A stretch of DNA of 64,000 nucleotides from Histomonas meleagridis 2922-C6/04-290x (taxonomy: Eukaryota > Protista > Parabasalia), in the NCBI GenBank assembly GCA_020184695.1, contig JAANOX010000029.1:163628-227627 (forward strand), written 5' to 3'. The notes below the pieces were generated by a model that saw only the letters and a list, made by a program, of their open reading frames with translations, was not told the DNA's origin and did not search any database. A program made the position numbers and the translations under genes. This document shows, piece after piece, positions 11,507 to 23,045 of the stretch; within the stretch, counting starts at the first letter, position 1; each line of letters begins with the position of its first letter.

Positions 11507-12064
11507 ATGGAAGATATTTTGTCTGGAGGAGGAGCCAAATCTATTCCAAGCAATGGACCAACCGACGACCTTTTTGGTGGTTCAAATGGTGGGGCCTCAA
11601 ATGATGATATTTTTTCTGGAAATCCAAGTACAAATGTTGACGATATGCTTGCAGGAACAAATGTGGATGATATGCTTGCTGGTTCAGACGATGATGATCT
11701 TTTTGCTCAGACACCAGAGCCACAGCAACCCCAAGAAGAAGAAAAATCATCTGCATTAGTTGAATGGGAAAAGGAGAAACAAATAGAAATTCAACAGCTT
11801 GATGCCAAAAATGACGCTGCTGATGAAGAAATGAAAAATAAGGCTAAAGAAATCCTTGCTAACTATCATTCCAAATTATCTGAAGCACAAGAGAAAAGAG
11901 CCAAAAATAATCTTGAAGTTGATCAACAATTCATGAGCGACCTTGAAAACGAGCCAAGCAACAAATGGGAAAAAGTTGTTAGCTTCATCGATTTCAATAG
12001 GTCAGATCTCCATCAAAGAGATGTTTCCAAAATGAAAACACTTCTTTTACAACTTAAACAATAA
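11507..12064 (+). CDS. CLC: clathrin light chain
   Basis: Acidic DDLF repeats, SSALVEWEKEK, C-terminal KWEKVVSFIDF...RDVSKMKTLLLQLK; ATG after TTTTCACTTTTCAG initiator-like site. Confidence 0.9.
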   Translation: MEDILSGGGAKSIPSNGPTDDLFGGSNGGASNDDIFSGNPSTNVDDMLAGTNVDDMLAGSDDDDLFAQTPEPQQPQEEEKSSALVEWEKEKQIEIQQLDAKNDAADEEMKNKAKEILANYHSKLSEAQEKRAKNNLEVDQQFMSDLENEPSNKWEKVVSFIDFNRSDLHQRDVSKMKTLLLQLKQ

Positions 12065-12330
12065 AACCAAAATTTGAGATTCTTTATTATTTCAACTTTT
12101 TATGACAAATATATATCAATTCTTTCTTTCAAACAAACGATATATCAAATCTTTCGAACATTGTTAAAGATCAGTACACTACAATGGAATAATATTCTGT
12201 TTTTAATAATAAACACCCAGATGTAATTGTTGACAAAATATAAAATCTCACAATTTTTGATGACTAAAAATGGGGTACCCCTTTCTATCGTTTCCCCCTA
12301 ATTTATTTCGAGACAACATTTTTTTCTTGA

Positions 12331-13974
12331 ATGCCAAAAACGACAAAAGTTGTCGAATTGTTTTCGGCAATAGAGAAATTTTTAGGTGATAATGGAGCAG
12401 GAGATCGAAAAGGGAATTTGTTGATTACTTTATGGAGAATTCAAGGTGAAATTTTATCAATGATTCGTAAATCACCAAATTCATTTTCACCATCAGCACT
12501 CCTCGGCAAGTGGGAACAATTTAAAAAGCAGGTTCAAAAAACTTTAGGAAATTTAGACCAAAATAAATCTGTAAATCAATTATTTACAGATCTACAAAGA
12601 ATCATCTCAAGTACTCATGATAAAGCGCCAACTCTTCCTAATATTAAATCAAAACATAACAATTCTTATATCGGAATTAAAAAAACTGTAAATGAAATCC
12701 AAAAAATGAGCACTTCAAGAAACAGCGGGAATACGCAATTGCTGATAGATAAATTGAAAAAATTCTATGATGATATTCCAAATACATACTCATTATTTTT
12801 TCAGACCACTAGTTTAACTCGAGCTGAAAAAACTCAGGCACAGAACAATGTTAAAAGTATAGTATCTCAACTTATCAAAGTATTAGAATCACCACAATCT
12901 GAGATTTCTGAAATTACAATTCCTTCTGAATTTGATCAAATTTCAGATATAATTAAATCAGAAGAATCTAATAAGCGTTTAGTTTCACCACGTCCTCAAA
13001 CTCCACCACCTATTTCTTCTTTATCCACAATTCCAAATTCCGAAAGACCAAAACGTAAAAACCTAAAATCCTCAACCAAAGTTCTTTCTACACAATCCCG
13101 AACACCACCAGCGCATACTCAAAACTCCAAACGAAAGGGTTCAATTATCTCATCAGCAATTCAATTAAACATACCCAAAACTAACAGTGCTATATTTCAA
13201 GAGAATATGTTACTTAAGAAGCCATGTTCACCATCACTCGAGAAGTTTCAACATGAGTTAAATTCCATCGAGAAAAAAGACGATAAAAACCACATCAAAT
13301 ACGATATCAACGCTCTATTGAAATCTATTGAATCCGATCTTCCACTTTTTGATAGCATTATATCTCTCAAAGAAAAAATTGATTTTTATAATAAAGAAAT
13401 TGATTTATCCAAAAATGAGTTTCCTTTGGAAATGCAACTTATAGAGATCGAGGAAAGCATCTTAGAAATCACTAAAATGAATGAAACTGAGAAAAAAATT
13501 TATGAAACATCAAAATCCTTAAAAGCGATTAATAAAGAATTTGAAGGAAATAAATTCGAAGAAATCGACATCAAAAAATGTTGTGATTCGATATCTCAAA
13601 TAATTAATGAAGTTTCATTATTTCAACCAGAAAATGTTTCAGATTTGGACGAATTCATTTCGACATTAAAATATTTCGAAAGAGAACAAAAAAGAAATAA
13701 TGAAATGACATTAATATTAAACGAGAACAAAATGTTAAAACAAGACATAAAAAGAATAAATGAAAGTATTACAAATATAAACAATGAAAATGAACTAATT
13801 GTTGAACTTGAAAATGTTCAAAAGAAACTTTTGAATTATAATAAATGTTTTGATGAGCTCCAAAACAAGGAAACAATTGTTTTGGATGGGAAAAATGAAA
13901 ATAGAGAAAGTTTGAATAAAATAATACATCAGCTTATACAGAAGGAAATGAAAATCCTCAAAGACCTGAGTTAA
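12331..13974 (+). CDS. hypothetical protein with S/P-rich linker and C-terminal coiled coil
   Basis: 547-aa ORF; no family recognised. Confidence 0.7.
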   Translation: MPKTTKVVELFSAIEKFLGDNGAGDRKGNLLITLWRIQGEILSMIRKSPNSFSPSALLGKWEQFKKQVQKTLGNLDQNKSVNQLFTDLQRIISSTHDKAPTLPNIKSKHNNSYIGIKKTVNEIQKMSTSRNSGNTQLLIDKLKKFYDDIPNTYSLFFQTTSLTRAEKTQAQNNVKSIVSQLIKVLESPQSEISEITIPSEFDQISDIIKSEESNKRLVSPRPQTPPPISSLSTIPNSERPKRKNLKSSTKVLSTQSRTPPAHTQNSKRKGSIISSAIQLNIPKTNSAIFQENMLLKKPCSPSLEKFQHELNSIEKKDDKNHIKYDINALLKSIESDLPLFDSIISLKEKIDFYNKEIDLSKNEFPLEMQLIEIEESILEITKMNETEKKIYETSKSLKAINKEFEGNKFEEIDIKKCCDSISQIINEVSLFQPENVSDLDEFISTLKYFEREQKRNNEMTLILNENKMLKQDIKRINESITNINNENELIVELENVQKKLLNYNKCFDELQNKETIVLDGKNENRESLNKIIHQLIQKEMKILKDLS

Positions 13975-15399
13975 GTTGATATTTGCTGCATTTTTTATAA
14001 TGTAAAATTGTTTTTTAATAAATTTTGTTCTAATTTTTATTGTATATTTAGATCTGAATATGAATTTCATATGTTCAATTATTAAATCCGCAAAGAATAA
14101 AAATCGAATTGGATATGAAATATGTGATACACAACTTGCACAGGTAGAAATTCTATTCCTAGAGGAACAAAAAATGGCTATAAAATGATACAGATGTGTA
14201 TAAAATAACCTTCTCATGTCAAATATGGTTCGAATTAATTTTTATTAAAATCGATTTTTATTGAATATTAAAAAGAAATCTTAATATCTAAACATGTAAA
14301 AATATAAACTACAAATTCATGATAATCATATATATAAATTATAATAAAAAATTCAAAGTATATAACAAGTTATAGAATAAAATATTTAAAATTTAACTCT
14401 TTTTTATTTCGTTGAATAATTAATATTTGAATTTTTTTCCAAGTTTATTAAATTGCTAGTTAATAATATAATTTATATTATTTTCGTTAAGCTTTTGATT
14501 AAATTTTCAAATGACATTTTTTTTAGTCAGTTTTTATAAAAACATTTTCATTTTTTTTCAAGTATCACAGAATATCGAAACTAAAGTTTTTTTCTCAGTA
14601 AGAAACTTATTTTTATCTTCTTTGTTTTGTTTTAAAATCCAAAAAATGGATTATAAATACCAAAAAGGTAAATTCATTTATATATAATATAAAATCTTAT
14701 ATACACCTCCAATAATGATTTAGGAAATGGATATATATGATATGGGTATATTCAAATGGAATACTTAATAGTAAGCTCTTTCAATGCCAAACACTAAAGA
14801 GTACCCTAAACAAACCAGGAACATTTCCATGGAAACCCTGAAATTCTAAAAATATGGCAAGCATGCTTTTTTTGCAAATGGCAGCACATTTTTTAAAAAA
14901 GTAACACTCTATCGGAGCGGTTATTATCGTAATCACAAAAAGTTGTTTTCATATAAAAGTGACTTTTTTGCATTCTTCTCTTAAAACATAATAAAGTTAA
15001 TGTTTCATTTGATTTTTGAAATTCCTTTATGCCACATTTTGATCATTTTTCATTTAAAAATCTGTTAAGATATCATCTTCTTTCTTTCAGTTTTTTGTCT
15101 GCTTCGACAATTTAAATGAGGGAACTATCTGTCACTTTTCATTAAAACATTGCGTTTCGAATTTGTAAGCTTATTTACCATTTTAACTGAATATTAACTT
15201 CATGAAGAAAATGTTCGAATTCAATGAAACTGTTCAAATTCTAATGCGTTACTTTTTTATTTTGGGATTTTTTATATTTTATGAAATCAAATTAAATATT
15301 TAATTAATAAATTGAAAACAAACGAAAAGAAAAAACAGAAAAATGTTTTAATTTTTCATAAATTCTTTTCAAATATTTTATAATGATAATTTTACATTA

Positions 15400-15570
15400 A
15401 TAATAACAAATAAAAATGATTTTGATGATATTGAACAATATCAAAATAAAACGAAATTTATAAATATTTGTGAAGGAATTTAATTAATTCCAAATAATGC
15501 ATTTTCATCATGGTCAACAGTTATTTCCGTGAATTTTGGTGATTCTATATCATCTATTGGAAGTTATGTC
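15400..15570 (+). pseudogene. BspA-type (TpLRR) leucine-rich-repeat remnant
   Basis: Translates as KFINICEGI*LIPNNAFSSWSTVISVNFGDSISSIGSY, TpLRR pattern with in-frame stop. Confidence 0.55.
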
Positions 15571-15729
15571 CCTCTAATAATGATTTCATTTCATCCCTAT
15601 GATTTTATAATTCAAGTAAATCATAGCTACTATTGGTTGTGATCACTTTGAAAACAATGAATAAAAAAGACTCACAACAAACTTCTTTTGTCGAAACTAT
15701 ATATTTTATTTAATATCGCCCAAAATTGA

Positions 15730-16782
15730 TCAATTGAAAACAACAAATTTTTTGTTTTCCCAAGCGTTAGGTTTCCCGTTCTTATTTACAACAACATCTA
15801 GTGATGCAGGAAAAGAAGCATTCTCAGGGAAATTTACATCTGTCAAATCAATTATGTTGAGCTCAGGCAATTGATCCAATTTAGCTTGCCATGTTGACTC
15901 CATCTTTGAGTTCCCTCGAAGATATATACAATTAAGTGACTTACAACTCGAAATCCAAGTTGGAAACATCTTCAAATTTGTGAATGAAAGATCCAAAAAT
16001 TTAAGATTCTTAAACGCTGACTGACAAGGGTTGCATCTACCTAAGTCATTGAATGCTAAAGATAGGAAAACAAGCCCAGGAAAAGCATTGGAATTTAATG
16101 AATTGGGCCATTCACAAAAAGCATTAAAACTGAGATTGATACCATGAAGGTTCTTCCAGTGAAGTTCATTTGGAAGAGATGTAATATAATTATGTGATAA
16201 ATCTAGTGAGATAACATGTTTGGGAAGTGTGGTTAATCCAGATGGAACTTCAGCAAGATTGCAATTCTTAAGGCAAAGGATTCTAACTTTGGAATATTTA
16301 GGTGAGTACTTAAACCCAAAAAACGGAATATAATTTCCGTTAAAATTAATAAAGGTTTTTTCCTTCTTATTACCTTTGTGCTTGAATGGACTTGGATTTG
16401 AGCTTTCCTTGGTATCATTTTTGGAGTCAGTTGGAGTCATTTTTGAATTATCTGAGGATTTTGATTTTTCTTTATCTTTGGAACCTTTAGGACTTTGAGA
16501 CCCAATTTTCATCATTTCCTTACGAACACCTTGAGCCATATCAATTGAGTAAAAGTAATTCCATAGAGAAGGAAAAATTTGATAATCTGTTGATTTTTCC
16601 TTTTTGCTTTTCCTTATAGCTGCAAAATATTGTAGGTTTTCTTCGAAGATTTTTGCAGCAGTTTCGTTATTTTGATTTGGCTCATCTTTTGTTTGTTTTT
16701 TCATTTCTTCAATTCTTAAGTCTGATTTTACGCACTTTTTGTATGAATTTAACGGCCTACAATTGAAAACACTTTTTTTCAT
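15730..16782 (-). CDS. leucine-rich repeat protein with charged N-terminus
   Basis: LxxLxLxxN repeats: ILCLKNCNL, SLDLSHNYI, GINLSFNAF, FLSLAFNDL, FLDLSFTNL, CIYLRGN. Confidence 0.85.
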   Translation of the reverse strand: MKKSVFNCRPLNSYKKCVKSDLRIEEMKKQTKDEPNQNNETAAKIFEENLQYFAAIRKSKKEKSTDYQIFPSLWNYFYSIDMAQGVRKEMMKIGSQSPKGSKDKEKSKSSDNSKMTPTDSKNDTKESSNPSPFKHKGNKKEKTFINFNGNYIPFFGFKYSPKYSKVRILCLKNCNLAEVPSGLTTLPKHVISLDLSHNYITSLPNELHWKNLHGINLSFNAFCEWPNSLNSNAFPGLVFLSLAFNDLGRCNPCQSAFKNLKFLDLSFTNLKMFPTWISSCKSLNCIYLRGNSKMESTWQAKLDQLPELNIIDLTDVNFPENASFPASLDVVVNKNGKPNAWENKKFVVFN

Positions 16783-17389
16783 AAAGAATAAAGCAGACTG
16801 TAAACTGTCAAAAAAGATATCTTCGTAATGAGCAAAACAACATTAATTCCCGCTAATTTTATGTCGCTATTACTTATGTCGCTTACACTATGCTATTACA
16901 TATGAATCTATTTATAAATTTGTTTTATCTTAATATTTAAATCAAATAAATCCCTTTTCATTTGGCAAAGCATTCTCAGGGCTAGATATCAATGTTGGTT
17001 ATTATTTTTTAGTTGGGAACATTAAAATATTAAAAATAAGTACTATTCATGAAAACGAAATTTAAGCAAATTGTCTAACCAAATTTAATTTCATAAAAAT
17101 AGTCAAGGTGTTTTATACATTATGGAGAAAATATGTCTTTGCGATCACATGACGATGATCATTTTAATATAATTTCTCTGGGTTAGTTGTTGTTTAAAAA
17201 TAATCAAGCAGTACTATTTTTGACTCAAACACACATAGCCTAAATTCAGATCTGAATCAGGACAAAGATGAGCAAAAATATTGGATGATTTTTCTGAAGT
17301 TTATGACTTCCCACACTCATTGAAAACTTATCGTACGTTCACAATTAGTGCATTCAAAACTTATCGAAATTAGCAAAACATTTTTAGAA

Positions 17390-18109
17390 ATGGAAAGACC
17401 CTACATTATCTGCCACATGTTAACCGCATTAGACGGTAAGATTACAGGACCTTATATGGATCATCCATATGCAGCACCTGTTTTGAATGCATATGATACA
17501 ATTCAAAAAACTTTCAATTTCAATGCATTCCTTTGTGGTCGTGTCACTATTGACGAAGGTTTCACAAAATTTGAAAAACCTGATCTTGATGAAAATGCAC
17601 CAAAAGTTGAAGAAGGTGATTATGTTGCAGGAGAAAAAACCGAAATTTACTTCTGTGCTGTTGATCCATCAGGGAAGTTAGGTTGGAAATCTAATAATTT
17701 AAAGTATGAGGATTATCCTGAAGCACATATCATTGAAATTTTAACAGAAAAAGTTACTAATCAATATCTTGCATTCCTCCGTAAGATGAAAATATCATAT
17801 ATCATTGCTGGAAAAGAGCATATTGATTGTGAGCTTGCTGCCAAAAAGCTTCTCAAGTTATTTGACATCAAGATTTTGATGGTTGATGGAGGAGGTATCA
17901 TTAATTATTCATTTTTACAAGAAGGAATGCTTGATGAACTTAGTATTTTAATGGCACCAATAGCTGATGGTGAAAATAATACACCAACGCTTTTCGAAAA
18001 ACCTGATTTTGTAACAAAATCTCAAACTTTCCTCTTCAAGTTAAAGGATGTACAAAAGATTGATGGTGATGGTGTTTGGCTCAGATACCTCGTTAATAAT
18101 AAAAAATAA
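17390..18109 (+). CDS. RibD C-terminal/dihydrofolate-reductase-fold protein, bacterial-like
   Basis: MERPYIICHMLTALDGKI, ILMVDGGGIINYSFLQEGMLDELSILMAP, VWLRY: RibD_C family pattern. Confidence 0.85.
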   Translation: MERPYIICHMLTALDGKITGPYMDHPYAAPVLNAYDTIQKTFNFNAFLCGRVTIDEGFTKFEKPDLDENAPKVEEGDYVAGEKTEIYFCAVDPSGKLGWKSNNLKYEDYPEAHIIEILTEKVTNQYLAFLRKMKISYIIAGKEHIDCELAAKKLLKLFDIKILMVDGGGIINYSFLQEGMLDELSILMAPIADGENNTPTLFEKPDFVTKSQTFLFKLKDVQKIDGDGVWLRYLVNNKK

Positions 18110-18188
18110 TTTTACCAATTTTTGTTCCTTATTATTGTTAACGTTCTTCTTATTTTAATGAAAACGGTTTTGGTCGTCCTTTTTACGA

Positions 18189-18344
18189 ATGACTGCTCAT
18201 AAGACCCTTAGAATGAAGCGCATTCTCGCTAAGAAAATCAAGCAAAATCGCCCAATGCCACAATTTATCCGTGCAATGACAGGCGTTCGCCATGTTCAAA
18301 ACCCAATGCGCCGCCATTGGAGGAGAAGGAAGCTTAACATCTAA
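18189..18344 (+). CDS. RPL39: 60S ribosomal protein L39 (eL39), below the ORF-track size cutoff
   Basis: [51 protein letters not shown], 51 aa with eL39 signature KQNRP and RRHWRR. Confidence 0.95.
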   Translation: MTAHKTLRMKRILAKKIKQNRPMPQFIRAMTGVRHVQNPMRRHWRRRKLNI

Positions 18345-18437
18345 AATGAATCAATAAAAACGGAAATGTTTTTCATATTTTCTTTCTTTTTAAATTCACA
18401 AAAAAAAAGGTAAGATATATCTTCAGCTGAAAATTTT

Positions 18438-18809
18438 TTAATCAAAAAAAGGGATCATGCCCCAATCATAACCTTTAACGCCCCTCCAGCAACAAATTGT
18501 TATCCACAAAGCATAAAGACCAGGACAAAGAGTTATAAATGAACAGAATGCCAGAGATGATGGTGAATTAACTGTTGAAAATGGACCTATGTCAAGCACT
18601 GATGAAGCCCAGATGGTTACAAATGCAAAACCAAATACGAGAAGACCTATCATAATTGCCATTGATTTTTTGTGTGTTGGTGGAGGAGGATTACCTTTCT
18701 TGAACCAGTCGATTACTGTTCGAAATAAGGTTGATACCATATCATAAAATATGAATTTCCGTGTTTGTTTGGGGTTTCTTCCTTCTTTCATGTCTGCTTT
18801 TATAACCAT
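18438..18809 (-). CDS. TMEM230/TMEM134-like (DUF872) two-TM protein
   Basis: Two TM segments and C-terminal PGLYALWITICCWRGVKGYDWGMIPFFD resembling the family PGxY...GY....IP.F tail; start uncertain. Confidence 0.65.
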   Translation of the reverse strand: MVIKADMKEGRNPKQTRKFIFYDMVSTLFRTVIDWFKKGNPPPPTHKKSMAIMIGLLVFGFAFVTIWASSVLDIGPFSTVNSPSSLAFCSFITLCPGLYALWITICCWRGVKGYDWGMIPFFD

Positions 18810-19050
18810 TGCAACCGTAAAACAAAAAGTGCACAAAATTACCTTTTTTGACTTTGGAAAATTCTTTAAAATCTCCATAATTTTTAATATAAAGAACGAC
18901 CAATTATTCATTTCTGTTCTCTCTATGATCACCTAACTGTAATATTCATTGATTTTTAATTTTTTTTTTTCGATCCAATTTGATGATACTCAAAAATATA
19001 TTAAACGTGTTTATATATATTAAACTCAAAAAAGAAAGATTCAACACTTT

Positions 19051-20229
19051 TTACTTAAGAAATAGCGTTGATGATCGCAAATGTTCGATAAATGATTGTT
19101 TGTTTTTCATTCGTTCAATACTTTCAACACGTGCGAGCATTCCGATTGTTTCACTATTCATTCTGTTATTCTCCATGATAAGGTCCTCTATTTCTTTGGA
19201 CAACTTAGCTGCAGCATCATCGCTATCATCTGCATTTGCTTTTGGTTCAACCGATTTTATAAATGCCGTAAGTTTTGCGTGCTCCTTTTTGAGCTTTGCT
19301 TCTGTCTTTTTTAAGCTTTCATAATATTCCGGCTTAATTAATTCTTCTGCTTCTTTTATTTCAGCAAGAAGTTTGATGACGGTTGGATCGGTGGAGCCGT
19401 TAAAGCTGTCGACCGTTAGTGTATCGGCTTTGGACTTTTTCTCTAAATCTTTGATTTTGGCGTTGATTGCTTCCAACTCAAGCTGCATCTTCTTCTTGCG
19501 ATCAGCAACTTCTTGTAGCGACTGAAGTTCTTTGTCGAGTTCGGCACCTGCTGCAATTGCATCATCTCGTTTCTTTTTTGCTTCGTTAAATTCAATTTGT
19601 TCTTTTGTTTGTGCTGACGCTTTAGGTTGTTGGGATTTCAGCTCAGCATTCTCTTTAAGAAGTTTTTCGTTTTCGCTTTTAAGAGTTTGAAGCATTTTTT
19701 CGTATTTGGATTTTAATAATGCTTTGGCATTTGATCGGGTTGGTGTTGTTGTTTGACTTGATTCAGGACTTCCTGGTGATGATGGCTTCTTGGACTTTGA
19801 TTGGATAATGGATTTGATTGCTTTTTGCGTTTCAGATGGTAATGTTTTAATTCGTTCGAGGCCTTTAGCTTTTTCAGGGCCTTTTAATGAATATAAAATT
19901 AATGTATGTATAAGATCAGGAAGTGCTGTTGGAGAAGAAAGTCGTGCAATTCCTGTGCAATCAAATGTGCTTTTAAGTTTAGCAGCAGCAAATGGTTCTT
20001 TAATTTTCTCTTGGATAGATTTGATATTCTTGAGGCATGTGTACCAATCATCCTTTGAATGATCAACAGTTAGTAATTTTGATGTATCAATTTGACATGT
20101 ATTTTGAAGTTGATTAAAAATAGTGGCAACAGCAAAACCTTCACGAAGGTTGTTGAACGAAGGACAGTTCTCCGGGGTTACTCCTTCAAAACTATAAATC
20201 CAAGGAAGAAGAGAATCATTGCTGGACAT
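19051..20229 (-). CDS. Hook-like protein (divergent calponin-homology N-terminus plus coiled coil)
   Basis: SLLPWIYSF...NLREGFAVATIFNQL...DDWYTCLKNIKSI resembles Hook N-terminal CH domain; long coiled-coil C-terminus. Confidence 0.55.
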   Translation of the reverse strand: MSSNDSLLPWIYSFEGVTPENCPSFNNLREGFAVATIFNQLQNTCQIDTSKLLTVDHSKDDWYTCLKNIKSIQEKIKEPFAAAKLKSTFDCTGIARLSSPTALPDLIHTLILYSLKGPEKAKGLERIKTLPSETQKAIKSIIQSKSKKPSSPGSPESSQTTTPTRSNAKALLKSKYEKMLQTLKSENEKLLKENAELKSQQPKASAQTKEQIEFNEAKKKRDDAIAAGAELDKELQSLQEVADRKKKMQLELEAINAKIKDLEKKSKADTLTVDSFNGSTDPTVIKLLAEIKEAEELIKPEYYESLKKTEAKLKKEHAKLTAFIKSVEPKANADDSDDAAAKLSKEIEDLIMENNRMNSETIGMLARVESIERMKNKQSFIEHLRSSTLFLK

Positions 20230-20559
20230 CCAATAAATGACGATCAAAACCGCTGCATACATTCTTTAAACGGCTTCTTCTCATTGGAAGGTATATTGTT
20301 ACATAACAAATAAATATTTTTTCAAGAAATAATATATCATTCTTATGTCATGTTTAAAAACCACATGCTACAAAAAATAAACAGCTTGATAATTATAATT
20401 TTGATAATAAAATTTTACGATTATATATTAAGGACTCTTTAGTTTCAAATACTATTGAAGAGCCTGTAAATATATGTATATAAAAATTATTTCAAAGTAT
20501 TCATTTGCATTAACACTTTTTATGTAGCTTAATATTTTTTCTATCCATACGAATGAAAT

Positions 20560-21130
20560 ATACAACAAATATTAAAAGAATTATTGTTATTACTACAGCA
20601 TAAACAAAAACAATAAAATGATTTGATTGATTATATTTTTATTTGCTTTGTTTTCATTCTGATTAATATTTGTATAAAATCCAGTGAAATATTCAATTTA
20701 TGCTGAGTATTCAACTACTCTATATTAGTATATGTTGAGCAAAATGCAGAAAGAGAAATAGGCTTCGTAAAAATAATATCGAGAGTAATTGTTTGTGTTA
20801 TTACATATGTAAAAGTACTATTGTATGAAAGGTGTAAAATCGTATGAATATGAGAATGTGTGAGTTTGTAATGGATATTGATTGAGTTCATTTAACAGAG
20901 GTACCTAATACTAAAGGAATTGTAGTCTCCTTTAATAAAAGAATTTGTAGAAATGAATCCTCCCGTATTGCTTGTGCATTTTCTCCCATTGTTATTTTTT
21001 CCAACTGAAGACAAGCATAAAATGCACTACACTAAAATATTATAGCAGATGATGGAATTGTAGAATTTGATAATGAGGCACATCAAAAAGTGCATATACA
21101 AGATATTGCTCCAGATTAATCGAATGTAAG
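20560..21130 (-). pseudogene. decayed BspA-like surface protein gene
   Basis: Reverse strand gives TIPSSAIIF*CSAFYACLQLEKITMGENAQAIREDSF (TpLRR) followed by broken S/T/Y-rich sequence. Confidence 0.5.
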
Positions 21131-21377
21131 AATGTTTATATGCGCAAAATATAAAATATATATCAATGAAAGAAAAGTATCGATGAAAATTTGATAATAC
21201 GGGAAATACGTATGTTAAACCACTTCGTTTCTAAACGAGTTTACTTGAGTACTGAAGAATTTATAAAATCAAAAATAATTATAATTTTAAGCCCAATTTT
21301 TATATTCATAAGCAATATACACCTTACTAAAAAGTTAAACATAAATTTTACTTTATTTTTTATAAATATAAATTTAT

Positions 21378-22664
21378 TTATTTGAAGAAAGGATTTTGTT
21401 CAGCCCATTTTTGGAATGCCACTTTTGCAATTGGTACTTCATCTTTATCTGTAACGAAGACTCTCATTGCGTTTTCAGTGAAATGCGCTGGGACAATACA
21501 CGAAATCTCCTCATCTTTTAAGTAAATAATTTTCTCATTATCCTTTTTCCAAAACAGAATCGACAACAAAGGATGCTTTGTCTTGGACAAACCATACTTA
21601 AATCTCATTGACACAACTCTATACTTATCTCTATCACACTCATTCGAACATCTTAAGATATCATCCACAATCGATTCGCGGGACTTCTGAGAATAACGAA
21701 AACCATTTTCATCATCCGGTTTTATGCGAATTTCATCAACACAACTATATAGTTTTCGACATAAAATTCGTTCAACAAGTTCTTTCGCTTCTTGGCCAAA
21801 CATGCCAAGTTCGCATTGATATAATATATCATCATTTAATGATGAAAATAGCTTCGGATCGTTTAAGGATTCCGAAATTTTCGCTTTGTCGCAGATTATT
21901 GAGAAGATATCTTGAATCATGCACGAAATCGATTGAACGACTCGATGCTTATAAACACGCAAATGCATGTCATTCATGGTATAAAATAAGGACTCAATGG
22001 TTGGGACCTCTGAAATCTTCCATGTCAATTGATCATCGATGACTCGACAATTGAATATAAGTCGTTCATACTCAAACATATGGGAGTTAAGAGATCGACT
22101 ACTATCACGTGAAAGACGATCGAATTTAACGATATCAATGGCTGTTTTATGATTGACTACAACTTGAGATAACCAATGTGGATATTTTTCATAGATATTG
22201 CCATAAATATATTCACAAGCAGCATCAATGACTTCTTTGGAAAAGTTAAGTTGGTATTTGTCAATAATATATCGTAACATTTTGGTTGACATTTCTTTTT
22301 GTGACCATGTAGTATCAATTTCTCGGGCAAATGCACGAAAGGCACTCGAAAATGGGCCACATCCGAGACAATGGCAAAGTGCTGCAATGACAACAGCTTG
22401 TATATGATTTGGTTCAATTTCTAATTTTGGTTGTACTTCAGAAATATGATTCATAAATTTACAAGCTAAATGACAACAACCTAATGAATGTTCAAAACGT
22501 GTATGATTTGCACTTGGATAAACATAAGAAACTGATCCAAGTTGTGTAATCTGTCTAAGTCGTTGAAATTCGCAAGTATCAATAATTTTCCAACAGTAAG
22601 ATGGGATTGTTAATGGACCATAAATGCAATCTTGTGGAGAATGTGTTATCTTTGACTCGCCCAT
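21378..22664 (-). CDS. SAMHD1/dGTPase-like HD-domain protein with degenerate active site
   Basis: IIDTCEFQRLRQITQLG, YVYPSANHTRFEHSLG, LCHCLGCGPFSS, KFDRLSRD, VYKHRVV. Confidence 0.85.
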   Translation of the reverse strand: MGESKITHSPQDCIYGPLTIPSYCWKIIDTCEFQRLRQITQLGSVSYVYPSANHTRFEHSLGCCHLACKFMNHISEVQPKLEIEPNHIQAVVIAALCHCLGCGPFSSAFRAFAREIDTTWSQKEMSTKMLRYIIDKYQLNFSKEVIDAACEYIYGNIYEKYPHWLSQVVVNHKTAIDIVKFDRLSRDSSRSLNSHMFEYERLIFNCRVIDDQLTWKISEVPTIESLFYTMNDMHLRVYKHRVVQSISCMIQDIFSIICDKAKISESLNDPKLFSSLNDDILYQCELGMFGQEAKELVERILCRKLYSCVDEIRIKPDDENGFRYSQKSRESIVDDILRCSNECDRDKYRVVSMRFKYGLSKTKHPLLSILFWKKDNEKIIYLKDEEISCIVPAHFTENAMRVFVTDKDEVPIAKVAFQKWAEQNPFFK

Positions 22665-23045
22665 TCCTTGGAGTACCCCTCTCCGAAACTCAAACCTACA
22701 AAACCGAAAAAAACCCATCAAAAATTTTCAATAAGCAAAAAAACGATCAACTTTTACTTTTTGAATTTCATAAAAATTGATAGACCGATCATTTTTATCT
22801 TAAAATCTGACCATACAAAATTGAGGGGACCGATGTTTTGGTCCAATTTTCTTGAGTTAAACATACAAATACGATTAATATTTTGTATATTTATATAAAA
22901 ACAATTAATGTATGTCTAGTTATGCATTGGAGCTATTAATAAAACATAAAGAAATAAAGATATTTCTGTTTTGCATTAAACCTATGTATATCGTTCTATA
23001 AACAACACAAAACATTCAATTTAAAAATGAACATTTCACTTTTCT

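Noticed and set aside
14740-14950. Slightly GC-enriched intergenic patch as a gene remnant or ncRNA
   Set aside because: No recognisable translation or stem-loop pattern could be supported by eye.
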